A stretch of 64,000 nt of DNA from Desulfatiglans sp. (GTDB lineage Bacteria > Desulfobacterota > DSM-4660 > Desulfatiglandales > HGW-15), in contig JAAZBV010000037.1 of NCBI GenBank assembly GCA_012513605.1, positions 29,027-93,026 on the forward strand. The letters are read 5' to 3'. The notes beneath the pieces were generated by a model that had not been told where the DNA came from, searched no databases, and saw only the letters and a program-made list of their open reading frames with translations. Made by a program: the position numbers and the translations under genes. Shown one piece after another: positions 9,339-17,720 of the stretch (positions are counted from its first letter, which is position 1; each line of letters starts with the position of its first letter).

Positions 9339-9976
9339 ATTCTGAACAATATCTGAAAGACCTGATCATAGTTGTAGCGGACAGTGAGATGGAATTTGTT
9401 ATACACTCACTTCTTGAACGATATCAGTCCCTCGGTATTCAAAAGATAGTGTTTGACATAAAAAGACATATCCAGAGAGATGCCGGGTGTCTTACGGATT
9501 GTCATAATTATCTTCGTGAAGATATACGTTATTATCGGTATAGTATGGTACTATTTGATAAGGAAGGTTGTGGCAGGGAAAAATACAGTTCAACAGAAAT
9601 TGAAGAAGAAGTAGAAAGAAGACTTTCAATAAATGGTTGGGATGAACGCTGTGCTGCAATAGTAATTGATCCTGAATTGGAAGCATGGGTGTGGAGCGAC
9701 TCTTCGGAAGTTGATAAGGTGTTTGGCTGGAATAATCGAAAACCTCCTCTGCGTGAATGGCTTAAATCAAATACCCCTTATTGGTCAAGGGAAAGGCTTA
9801 AACCTGAACGACCAAAAGAGGCCCTTCGGTCTGCCATGAAAGAAGTACGTCAGCCCTTTTCTTCCAGACTTTTTGCTGATCTGGCTCAAACAGTCAGTTT
9901 GGAACGTTGTATAGATCCATCTTTTAATAAATTAAAAATTATCCTGAAAACCTGGTTTACCCCAGTTAAACCATAG
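9335..9976 (+). CDS. Toprim-like / DUF4276-like partner protein of the ATPase (tentative)
   Basis: 213 aa. The acidic motifs on predicted strands, IIVVADSEMEF, MVLFDKEG and AIVIDPELEAWVW, resemble the E...DxD...E-EAW layout of DUF4276/RloB/OLD-Toprim partners. Translationally coupled to the ATPase. Confidence 0.5.
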   Translation: MNSEQYLKDLIIVVADSEMEFVIHSLLERYQSLGIQKIVFDIKRHIQRDAGCLTDCHNYLREDIRYYRYSMVLFDKEGCGREKYSSTEIEEEVERRLSINGWDERCAAIVIDPELEAWVWSDSSEVDKVFGWNNRKPPLREWLKSNTPYWSRERLKPERPKEALRSAMKEVRQPFSSRLFADLAQTVSLERCIDPSFNKLKIILKTWFTPVKP

Positions 9977-9980
9977 CCTT

Positions 9981-11492
9981 TTAACTAATAAACAGATCCT
10001 TTGTAGAAAAATTCGGGTCACTTGTAAGGTTAACGCCAAGGCGTCTTAAACCCGCCTCATCACCAGGTGTCGGGATATGGGTCATATGCACCTCGCAGTC
10101 CCTGAGCTCATTCAGCTTTTCCATTGCAAGCTGGGCAGCCGGGTTGTGCGTAGCGCTTATGCTTAATGCGATCAGTGTCTCAAGGAGATCAAGGTTCAGG
10201 TTCTTTTCATTCAGCACCCTTGTTTTAAGGTTCATGACTGACTCTGTTATATTGGGTGAGAGAATCTTAATCTTGTCAGGTATCTCTGCAAGATGTTTTA
10301 TCGCATTAAGTATCAGGCCTGATGCAGCATGAAGATAGGTGGAATTGCTGCCTGTCACAATTGTGCCGTCCTTTAACTCAATGGCAGCGCCGCAGAATAT
10401 GCCCTCATTCCCCTTGTTCTTTTTCCCGGCCTCAACAGCAGCCTCATGGGCCGGTTTTACAACATTTCTGTATTCAGGGGTGATATTAAAATCCTCCATA
10501 AGGAGTTCTGCCCGCTCAACAGTATCTTTGCCTGTAAGCCCCATTGCGTATTCACACTGATACCTGAAGAACCGCCTTACTATCTCCTGCCTGGATGCCT
10601 CCCTGGTTGCCTCATCATCAGTGATTGCAAAACCGACACGGTTTACACCCATGTCTGTGGGGGAATGGTACGGAGATTCACCCCCGCTTATCTTTTTCAA
10701 AATCCTTTTCAGGACCGGGAAAACCTCCACATCGCGGTTATAGTTAACCGCCTTTTCGTTATATGTCTCAAGGTGGAAGGGGTCTATCATGTTAAAATCC
10801 TTGATGTCGGCAGTAGCCGCCTCATATGCGATATTAACAGGGTGATTAAGAGGCAGGTTCCAGATGGGGAATGTCTCGAATTTCGCATACCCTGCGTTTA
10901 TCCCCCTTTTGTGTTCATGATAAACCTGTGTAAGACAGGTGGCGAGTTTTCCGCTTCCAGGGCCAGGGCCGGTCACGATTACAAGGGGCTTTTTTGTCTC
11001 TATAAAGGCATTTGCCCCATAACCTTCGTCACTTACAATAAGGTCAAGATCAGTCGGGTAACCTTTGGTAAACTGGTGGGTAAACACATTAATACCGCGT
11101 CTTTCAAGCTTGTTTTTAAACTGCCTTGCAGATGGCTGCCCATTATATCGTGTTATAACCACTGCCAGCACATCAATCCCCCAGCTCCTTAAGTCATCTA
11201 TGAGTTTCAGGGCCTCTGAGTCGTATGTAATGCCAAAATCGGCCCTCATCTTTTTCCTTTCTATATCACCAGCATATATGCAAAGGATCAGGTCGGCCTG
11301 GTCTTTAAGCTTCTGAAGAAGCCTCATTTTAATATTTGGATCATATCCCGGCAGCACCCTTGATGCGTGATAGTCATAAAGAAGTTTTCCGCCAAATTCC
11401 AGATAAAGCTTATCATTGAATTTTTTTGCCCGCTCAATGATCTCTGTGGACTGTTCTGTAATATATTTTTCATTGTCAAAAGCTACTTTCAC
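9981..11492 (-). CDS. DUF1846 (UPF0371) family protein
   Basis: 503 aa. The N-terminus FDNEKYITEQSTEIIERAKKFNDKLYLEFGGKLLYDYHASRVLPGYDPNIKMRLL matches my memory of the UPF0371 family. Confidence 0.7.
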   Translation of the reverse strand: MKVAFDNEKYITEQSTEIIERAKKFNDKLYLEFGGKLLYDYHASRVLPGYDPNIKMRLLQKLKDQADLILCIYAGDIERKKMRADFGITYDSEALKLIDDLRSWGIDVLAVVITRYNGQPSARQFKNKLERRGINVFTHQFTKGYPTDLDLIVSDEGYGANAFIETKKPLVIVTGPGPGSGKLATCLTQVYHEHKRGINAGYAKFETFPIWNLPLNHPVNIAYEAATADIKDFNMIDPFHLETYNEKAVNYNRDVEVFPVLKRILKKISGGESPYHSPTDMGVNRVGFAITDDEATREASRQEIVRRFFRYQCEYAMGLTGKDTVERAELLMEDFNITPEYRNVVKPAHEAAVEAGKKNKGNEGIFCGAAIELKDGTIVTGSNSTYLHAASGLILNAIKHLAEIPDKIKILSPNITESVMNLKTRVLNEKNLNLDLLETLIALSISATHNPAAQLAMEKLNELRDCEVHMTHIPTPGDEAGLRRLGVNLTSDPNFSTKDLFIS

Positions 11493-11827
11493 CTTGATCC
11501 CGCTCCTTTTAAGTAAAGATATTTATCTCTCAATCATGCATGAACTAAAAATAAGTAATAATTAAATACCAGCAGGTTTATAATCTTTAATAATATTTTT
11601 TATCAATATATTTTTTTAGGGTAGTAGTAAATATTTGTGAAGTGAATGGAGGGATGGGATTTTCAGGTTGGGTTAAGCGAAGCAACCCAACGATTTTTCG
11701 GTTCAAAAAATGCCTCATCCATTGTTTTTAAGCGACCATTTCCTTTTTTCACATATTGTTAATAAACAGTTGCTTTACACCTTCCATAATTGTACAATCC
11801 AATAGTACAATTAAGCAGGAGATTAAT

Positions 11828-12058
11828 ATGAAAACAGTAGCTGTAAGTGAACTGAGAGATAATTTAATGACTTTTATAAAAAAGGTAAAGTCAGGGGAAA
11901 ATTTTATTGTAACATCAAGGGGCCATGAAGTAGCTAAACTTGTACCTGTAGAAAATAAAAAACAGATGGCAAAAGAAAGGCTTAAAGAGCTTCAAAAGAC
12001 TGCCTATGTAGGAGATGTGCTTTCCTCTGTTGATGAGGAGTGGGAGGCTTTAAAATGA
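11828..12058 (+). CDS. Type II antitoxin, Phd/YefM family
   Basis: MKTVAVSELRDNLMTFIKKVKSGENFIVTSRGHEVAKLVPV is a typical Phd/YefM N-terminus. AGGAG lies 7 nt upstream of ATG 11828. ATGA overlap with the PIN gene. Confidence 0.85.
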   Translation: MKTVAVSELRDNLMTFIKKVKSGENFIVTSRGHEVAKLVPVENKKQMAKERLKELQKTAYVGDVLSSVDEEWEALK

Positions 12059-12450
12059 TTGTTGCCGATACCCATATTATAATCTGGGAGGCATTATCTC
12101 CTGAAAAAATATCAAAAAAGGCAAAGGCTGCAATTATGGAGGCTAATGAAAATGGTGGGATTATTTTCTGTGATATATCACTATGGGAAATTACCATGTT
12201 GATGAATCGAAACAGGGTAAAGGTAGATGCCTCATACAAAGAATTCATAAATCTGTTACTCAGTTCTAATAATTACGTTTTACAGGGCATTGATCCCGAT
12301 ATAGCTGATCTATCAACAAAGATATTTAATAACACGGAAAATGATCCAGCCGATAAACTGATAGCCGCCACAGCAGTTATCAAAAAAGCCAGCCTCGTAA
12401 CAGCAGACCGGACAATGCGATCTTCATCTGAAGTTGCTACTATATGGTAG
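12055..12450 (+). CDS. vapC: PIN-domain toxin (VapC-like ribonuclease)
   Basis: MIVADTHIIIWEAL... (first acidic residue of the PIN fold) and a C-terminal DPADKLIAATAV...LVTADR, typical of PIN toxins. Confidence 0.8.
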   Translation: MIVADTHIIIWEALSPEKISKKAKAAIMEANENGGIIFCDISLWEITMLMNRNRVKVDASYKEFINLLLSSNNYVLQGIDPDIADLSTKIFNNTENDPADKLIAATAVIKKASLVTADRTMRSSSEVATIW

Positions 12451-12478
12451 GTTGTGCTATGCGAAGAAACCCAATTTT

Positions 12479-13067
12479 TTAATGGCAGTATTGATCATAA
12501 TTCAAATTAATTTCTGTTATTGCAGTATCTTTGTATTTTTCGCAAGGATAAATATCAATGATTTCAAATTTTAAAATTACTGTTTCTTTATTACTATTTA
12601 CAGTATCAATGAGGAATGATTGTAGTTGGTAGGTATCTTTTAACTCAAGAATGTATTGCGAATTATTGTTTACATATAATTTAATTGTCTTTACCCTTGA
12701 GTTCTCTTTCAATGGACTCACAGATACCATAATCGGTCTTTCCTTCAACCCAAGCTATATTAAATTTCAGATCACATACATTTTCCGGTCTGTATGTTAT
12801 TCCACTATTTGTTGTTTTTAATGAAGAAGAAGCTTTTGCATTTATTGTGTTACCGCAACAATACCAGCTACAACCCTGATAATCGATTTCGTTGAGGTCT
12901 TTTTCATTTATTGGGAATTCCTGCATTATCTCCAATTTATATTCTTTATCAAGCAGCTGATGAGGTGTTAGGCTTGGATAAATAATTTTTAGATTTTCAC
13001 TAGAATATCCTTCTTTTGGTATTAAAAAGATGAAAAGAAAGATTAGAATAGTTTTTATTTTATTCAT
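12479..13067 (-). pseudogene. Secreted beta-sandwich (discoidin/NADase-type glycan-binding-like) protein split by a frameshift
   Basis: ORFs 12681..13094 and 12479..12748 overlap in different frames. The first has signal peptide MNKIKTILIFLFIFLIP and ends ...NIAWVEGKTDYGICESIE. The second continues ...ENSRVKTIKLYVNN...FEIIDIYPCEKYKDTAITEINL. The two read as halves of one domain. Confidence 0.45.
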
Positions 13068-13077
13068 AGATGGGTTA

Positions 13078-13344
13078 CTAAAGCTGCTGTGCAAATTTTT
13101 TATTTACTGAGGGATGATGATTAATGCCTAATAAACCATCAATAGAGATGTCTTCATCAAGAAGGGGCCAATGGATTCCATACCCGGAAGGAGAAATTAC
13201 ATATGAATTCAATTCTTCATCGGAGGCATCTTTAAGAACAGAAGATATCTCACTCAAAGGGAAGCTTCTATCCTTTCCATCTATTTTTATTAATAGATTA
13301 TCACCCTCAAACTTTATATTTTCTATTTTATGATACTTGCTCAT
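13078..13344 (-). CDS. DUF2442 domain protein
   Basis: 88 aa. The C-terminal GYGIHWPLLDEDISIDGLL is the DUF2442 signature as I recall it. ATGA overlap with the upstream DUF4160 gene. Confidence 0.75.
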   Translation of the reverse strand: MSKYHKIENIKFEGDNLLIKIDGKDRSFPLSEISSVLKDASDEELNSYVISPSGYGIHWPLLDEDISIDGLLGINHHPSVNKKFAQQL

Positions 13345-13598
13345 TTATTAAGCCTCCGTTGGAACTCTCCCCATTGCTCTTCTATATATTCAAAATGATC
13401 AAATATGATTTTTCTTATTTGCCTTTGGTCATTTGGAGACATATTATACGAAAATTCTTCATTAATATCAAAATGCTCTTTATCAAGCCAATATTTACAT
13501 TCCATATCGCCTTTTCTACAATGAATATGGATAGGTTCATTTCCCTCATTCGCATAGAAGAAAAGTCGCCAGCCTAAAATAGTAAGTATTGTTGGCAT
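13341..13598 (-). CDS. DUF4160 domain protein
   Basis: Start taken at ATG 13598 (MPTILTILGWRLFFYANEGNEPIHIHCRKGDMECKYWLD), the typical DUF4160 N-terminus. The ORF-track start at 13673 is an upstream extension. Confidence 0.75.
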   Translation of the reverse strand: MPTILTILGWRLFFYANEGNEPIHIHCRKGDMECKYWLDKEHFDINEEFSYNMSPNDQRQIRKIIFDHFEYIEEQWGEFQRRLNK

Positions 13599-13763
13599 AA
13601 TAATAGCCTTGTTTTCTATATCATATAATAATAAATTCAAGAATTCCGGCGATCTCGATATTTCCACTAACATCTAAAAGATGATCCGGATATTCACAAT
13701 AACATATAGAATTTTCAAACAGTTTCATGTTGAAGAATTGGAATAATAGCTACATTCAATATG

Positions 13764-13803
13764 GTAAACCGTCATGCCCGCGAAGGTTGGCATGACGGTT
13801 TAC
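13764..13803. repeat. Perfect 15-bp-stem hairpin gtaaaccgtcatgcc-cgcgaaggtt-ggcatgacggtttac
   Basis: Arms verified by eye as exact reverse complements. It lies 19 nt downstream of the stop of the small NTF2-like gene (minus strand). No T-run follows, so it is REP-like rather than a classical terminator. Confidence 0.6.
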
Positions 13804-13821
13804 TAATCTAATAATACTTCT

Positions 13822-14574
13822 CTATACCGACTTTACCAGCCTGTCAGGGCCAAATGGTTCTGCCGGAAACACCTTTGAAAATATGGGTATAGAGATTGGC
13901 TTTGCATATGACTGACCAGGTTTATAATCTGCCTTTGCAAAGGTCTTGTATTCAAGCCTCTCTATCTTCCATCCCTTGATATCTTTTACATAAGACACCT
14001 CATATACACCAGCTTCCCACCATTTTCTGATACCTTCACCCTGAAGTCGTGCCATTTTTACAAGCGTCGAATCTGAATCAATTGGCGCACCGACCTGTAT
14101 GGAATAGGTGAATATGGCCTTTGCTGATCTCTGATCAGGGGATATCTCTACCCTATCCTGCTCAGGTTTAAAATCAATCCCTGGTGCATGATTTATTTTT
14201 CTACCGGTCATCCCGGAGGCAAAACAGTTACAGAAGAGACGTTTTATACCGGAAGTGCCCTTAAAGAGCCCTCCATTAAAAACAACCTCTGCATTGTCAG
14301 TGAACATGGCTGGTATCTCACTGTACCTTCCTTTATCCAGCAGCTCTTCATATTGTTTATGAAGCACATTGATAATTTTTTCATTTTCAAGTATAGTTAT
14401 CTGTTTTGCAAGATCGTCTATATTTGTTTTTTTATCACTGCTGAACAGGGTCTTTGCATAACCCGGTACAGTCGCAGCAGCAACCGCAGACATACCGGCC
14501 CCGACCTTCCAAATAAAGGAGCGGCGGCCTCTGTCAGCCTGCATATCGTCTGTTTGAGACTTTAATATAGCCAT
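13822..14574 (-). CDS. Tat-signal NTF2/SnoaL-like protein, small partner of cassette A
   Basis: Start at ATG 14574, 1 nt after the large gene's TAA, with AAAGGAG 6 nt upstream. MAILKSQTDDMQADRGRRSFIWKVGAGMSAVAAATVPGYA is a twin-arginine signal (RRSFIWK). The mature part has an NTF2-like pattern (YEELLDKGRY...FTDNAEVVFNGG). Confidence 0.7.
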   Translation of the reverse strand: MAILKSQTDDMQADRGRRSFIWKVGAGMSAVAAATVPGYAKTLFSSDKKTNIDDLAKQITILENEKIINVLHKQYEELLDKGRYSEIPAMFTDNAEVVFNGGLFKGTSGIKRLFCNCFASGMTGRKINHAPGIDFKPEQDRVEISPDQRSAKAIFTYSIQVGAPIDSDSTLVKMARLQGEGIRKWWEAGVYEVSYVKDIKGWKIERLEYKTFAKADYKPGQSYAKPISIPIFSKVFPAEPFGPDRLVKSV

Positions 14575-14575
14575 A

Positions 14576-16357
14576 TTAAACTCCTTTCTTTTTCTTTGGG
14601 CCATAAAACTCCCTGATATTAAAGCAACCGATATGACGCCCGAGCGCCCCTACAACACCCAGGTTAACCCCAGTCGCTCCGCCTGAAAAACCAAAACCGC
14701 AGTCATGGGTAACCTTGGTATTGATCAGTTCAATCATCTGGGCGCCATTACAGGCCTCCTCATTCTGACAGAACAAATAGACACCCTCACGAAGTTTTAC
14801 ATATATACAGGGAGAACACCACTGGGCGCCCATTGTCTGGTTTGCAGTAAAGATTGTCCATGACATTGAATGGGGAGAGGTATAAAGATGCATGGAGGTC
14901 ATCTGGTCAGAGTATGACCATGAAAATGCATGACCTACCAGCTCATCTGTAAATTCATGGCGCACATACTGGGGGGGCTCAAGACCTTCCATCTCGCAGA
15001 CGCCAAAAATGGCCCTGTATGTTGTCTCATTGCCGTAATACTTTGTGCCCATATGTGAATGTATGCATGTGGTGAGACCGTTTGTAAGGTCAACAGCCAT
15101 CTTGACAGATGCACGGGGCTTGCTGTCTGTAAGCATATGAGCAAACCATGCAAGGTTATCATCCCCTTCATAGACCCGGCAAGGCTCCTCATGCCATTTA
15201 TTTTCACCCTCTTCCATATACCTGAGTTTATATTTTTCAGGAAACTCATAATGGCGCACAGGCCCACCATTGTCATAACGAAGTATAAACTTTTTCCCGA
15301 CCAGGATATCAGAATATGGCATATTGTTTATGGCCATCATCTGAGGCGCTGCACCCTCTGTGCCTCCAAATTTTATCGTATTTTTCAGGGCTGCCTCATG
15401 TACCTCTTCATCAGTCATGTATTTGAAGGTCCTTGCAGGCCTGTATGTCATCCTCTGCCATTTCCCAGGGATTGTAGGGTCACCAGGGGCCTGGTAAACC
15501 ATGCCGCTCTTGCCATGCTCATCAAAGGGTTCAAGAAAGGCAAGCTGACCCACAACCTTGCCTTCACCCCTGAACATATAGTATTCCAGTTCATCCTTCT
15601 CATTAAATCCAAGGCGAACACCAGCCTGTGTACATTCAAACAGATCACATACAAAGGATGTGAACATGCCGGAAAATTCGCACTCTGTCTTGTCATGAAT
15701 AAAGATGTGGTGATTCACACGTACATAGTCCGAAGGAGCGACATAGCTAAGGTCATCTGCCTGGCGGGTAAGATCAACAAAGTTTGTATTGGCAACAGAG
15801 GCATATAACTCCAGCACTTCATGACCAGTATCCTGCTTCCAGTACAACCCCTTGCCCTCCAATCTGTTTGTAAGATGATGAAGCTCTTTCGGGGCCTCCT
15901 GCCCTGCAACCTCAACATAACCGAAATATAACTGACGCTGAACCTCCCTGTCATCTACGACTATCGGGTCTCCGCCAAGGGTCGGCTCTGTTCTGCCTGT
16001 GGAGAGTCCGACTTCAATAACTGTTACAAGATTAGTATCCTGATCAATATATACATTATATCCCCTCTGATCTTCAGGCATCATATGAGAGAAGAAAATC
16101 ATCTGCCTGAGTGTGAGAGCGCCGTATCCCGCCTTGATCTTTTTCCCGCCATTCTCAGAGAATGTCAGCCTGTTTTTGTCATCAAACTTGTATTCAAGCA
16201 CAGGGCCATTCTGGGTGATGATCTTGATAGATTTGCCCTTAAGCACATCCGATAGATCGGATTTACTTTTTGGTCCGGCCTCGGTTGCCTTGAGGGCCTT
16301 TCCTATCTGATCTTTCGTTAATTTTGTATACTTGAATCGATGCATCGGAATATTCAT
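14576..16357 (-). CDS. 593-aa signal-less protein with four lipocalin/MoaF/PAD-like repeats, large partner of cassette A
   Basis: AAGGAGAG RBS before ATG 16357. L-x-G-K/H motifs at residues 39, 166, 352 and 473 are each followed by alternating beta-strand-like segments. No signal peptide or TM segment. Paralog of 18669..20480. Confidence 0.6.
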   Translation of the reverse strand: MNIPMHRFKYTKLTKDQIGKALKATEAGPKSKSDLSDVLKGKSIKIITQNGPVLEYKFDDKNRLTFSENGGKKIKAGYGALTLRQMIFFSHMMPEDQRGYNVYIDQDTNLVTVIEVGLSTGRTEPTLGGDPIVVDDREVQRQLYFGYVEVAGQEAPKELHHLTNRLEGKGLYWKQDTGHEVLELYASVANTNFVDLTRQADDLSYVAPSDYVRVNHHIFIHDKTECEFSGMFTSFVCDLFECTQAGVRLGFNEKDELEYYMFRGEGKVVGQLAFLEPFDEHGKSGMVYQAPGDPTIPGKWQRMTYRPARTFKYMTDEEVHEAALKNTIKFGGTEGAAPQMMAINNMPYSDILVGKKFILRYDNGGPVRHYEFPEKYKLRYMEEGENKWHEEPCRVYEGDDNLAWFAHMLTDSKPRASVKMAVDLTNGLTTCIHSHMGTKYYGNETTYRAIFGVCEMEGLEPPQYVRHEFTDELVGHAFSWSYSDQMTSMHLYTSPHSMSWTIFTANQTMGAQWCSPCIYVKLREGVYLFCQNEEACNGAQMIELINTKVTHDCGFGFSGGATGVNLGVVGALGRHIGCFNIREFYGPKKKKGV

Positions 16358-16449
16358 TTTCTTCTCTCCTTTTTCAAAATTGATTTTGGTTTATCTCTGT
16401 TGTAAATAATCCTTGGATGTCTTTACAGGTTCTTTATTTTTTAATGTTG

Positions 16450-17598
16450 CTACTTTTCCCCTGACATCAAATTGACTATGCTGAAATATGCCTTTTTGGG
16501 CCTCATTTCACGGTCAAAGAGCAGGGGATAGTCTGTTCTCCCCGGTACAGGGAAATTATTTTTCCAGGATATGCCGTCATGCAGCCCCCAGAATGTGACC
16601 CTGCTGACCTTATCTTTATGCCTGTTAAAGATGGTGAAGATATCACTGTATCTCTTTGCCAGTTCGTCAGCGACTGATTCAGGAAGACCATCCTTATATG
16701 GATTCATCTCCTGATTATTTTCATGCCTTATACCGATATCGGCTGAGGGTGTATTCGTCCAGGGGCTGGGCAGTACAGAGACATCCAGCTCTGTAAACAT
16801 GACCTTAACACCCAGCTCTGAAAAATCCCTTATAGTGTTTTCAATCTCGATCAGTTCAGGGAATTTCATGTCCCAGTGCGCCTGAACGCCTACTGCATCT
16901 ATCCTTAACCCCTTTTCCTTTAGTTTTTTAACTATCCTGACTGCCCCTGCACGCTTTTCAGGTATGACAAGGTTGTAGTCATTATAATAGAGTTCAGCAT
17001 CCGGGTCTGCCATGCGGGCATATTCAAATGCCTTTTCTATAAACTCATCACCGGCGATTTTATAAAAACCAGATTGCCTCATGGTGCCATCTTCATTTAA
17101 TGCCTCATTCACCACATCCCATCCATGCACCTTACCCTTGTACCTTCCTGCAACAGTAAAGATATGATCCCTGATCCTGTTAAAAAGGGTCTCCTTATCA
17201 ACCTGGTCATTAGAACCCTCTTTTGTAAATACCCCTTGCCCGAGCTGGCTGTGCCATACCAGTGTGTGTCCTATCAGCTTTACATTATTTGCCTGTGCAA
17301 ATTCTGCAATCTTGTCTGCCCTTTCAAACCTGTATTGATCAAGGGCAGGATGCAATGAGCCCCACTTCATCTCATTTTCAGGTGTGACGGCGCTAAAATG
17401 GCTCTTTATCAGCTCAGAGGAAACCGGGTTATCAAGAAGCCCGGGAAAGATCGCTGCGCCAATAAGAAAATTATCCTTGTAATAATCCTTCAGCCCTTTC
17501 TCTATATCACCGCTATCCGAGGGTTTCAGATTGCAGGATAAAAAAAGTAAAAGTAAAAGAGGGCTAATGTACAGGATTACATGTTTAAGACTTTTCAT
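16450..17598 (-). CDS. Endo-1,4-beta-xylanase, glycoside hydrolase family 10, lipoprotein
   Basis: TPENEMKWG, GHTLVWHSQ, WDVVNEAL (acid/base Glu) and MFTELDVS (nucleophile Glu). The N-terminus MKSLKHVILYISPLLLLLFLSC has a lipobox. The alternative start at 17628 would add 10 aa. Confidence 0.9.
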   Translation of the reverse strand: MKSLKHVILYISPLLLLLFLSCNLKPSDSGDIEKGLKDYYKDNFLIGAAIFPGLLDNPVSSELIKSHFSAVTPENEMKWGSLHPALDQYRFERADKIAEFAQANNVKLIGHTLVWHSQLGQGVFTKEGSNDQVDKETLFNRIRDHIFTVAGRYKGKVHGWDVVNEALNEDGTMRQSGFYKIAGDEFIEKAFEYARMADPDAELYYNDYNLVIPEKRAGAVRIVKKLKEKGLRIDAVGVQAHWDMKFPELIEIENTIRDFSELGVKVMFTELDVSVLPSPWTNTPSADIGIRHENNQEMNPYKDGLPESVADELAKRYSDIFTIFNRHKDKVSRVTFWGLHDGISWKNNFPVPGRTDYPLLFDREMRPKKAYFSIVNLMSGEK

Positions 17599-17720
17599 TC
17601 TGTCTGATTTTAATATGAATCTTATCATCCTTCATAACCTGCCTTTTATATTTATTGTGATAACTGCCTATCATCCATAAAAAATATTCAGGGACAGTGA
17701 ATAAATTTGTTTTCATCCAA

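Noticed and set aside
10446-11192. Long antisense ORFs inside confident genes: 10446..11192 (248 aa), 15059..15808 (249 aa), 5336..5920 (194 aa), 59754..60419 (221 aa), 46154..46699 (181 aa) and 27065..27541 (158 aa).
   Set aside because: They lie fully within, and antisense to, genes with clear family motifs. Their translations are low-complexity or Cys/Arg/Leu-rich with no motifs, which is typical of shadow ORFs.
11667-11693. gttgggtt-aagcgaagc-aacccaac palindrome containing GTTRRRY and RYYYAAC cores, considered as an integron attC site beside the TA cassette.
   Set aside because: The core order is reversed relative to attC (RYYYAAC...GTTRRRY). The element is only about 25 bp, versus at least 57 bp for attC. 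No intI is present. It is more likely a REP-type hairpin.
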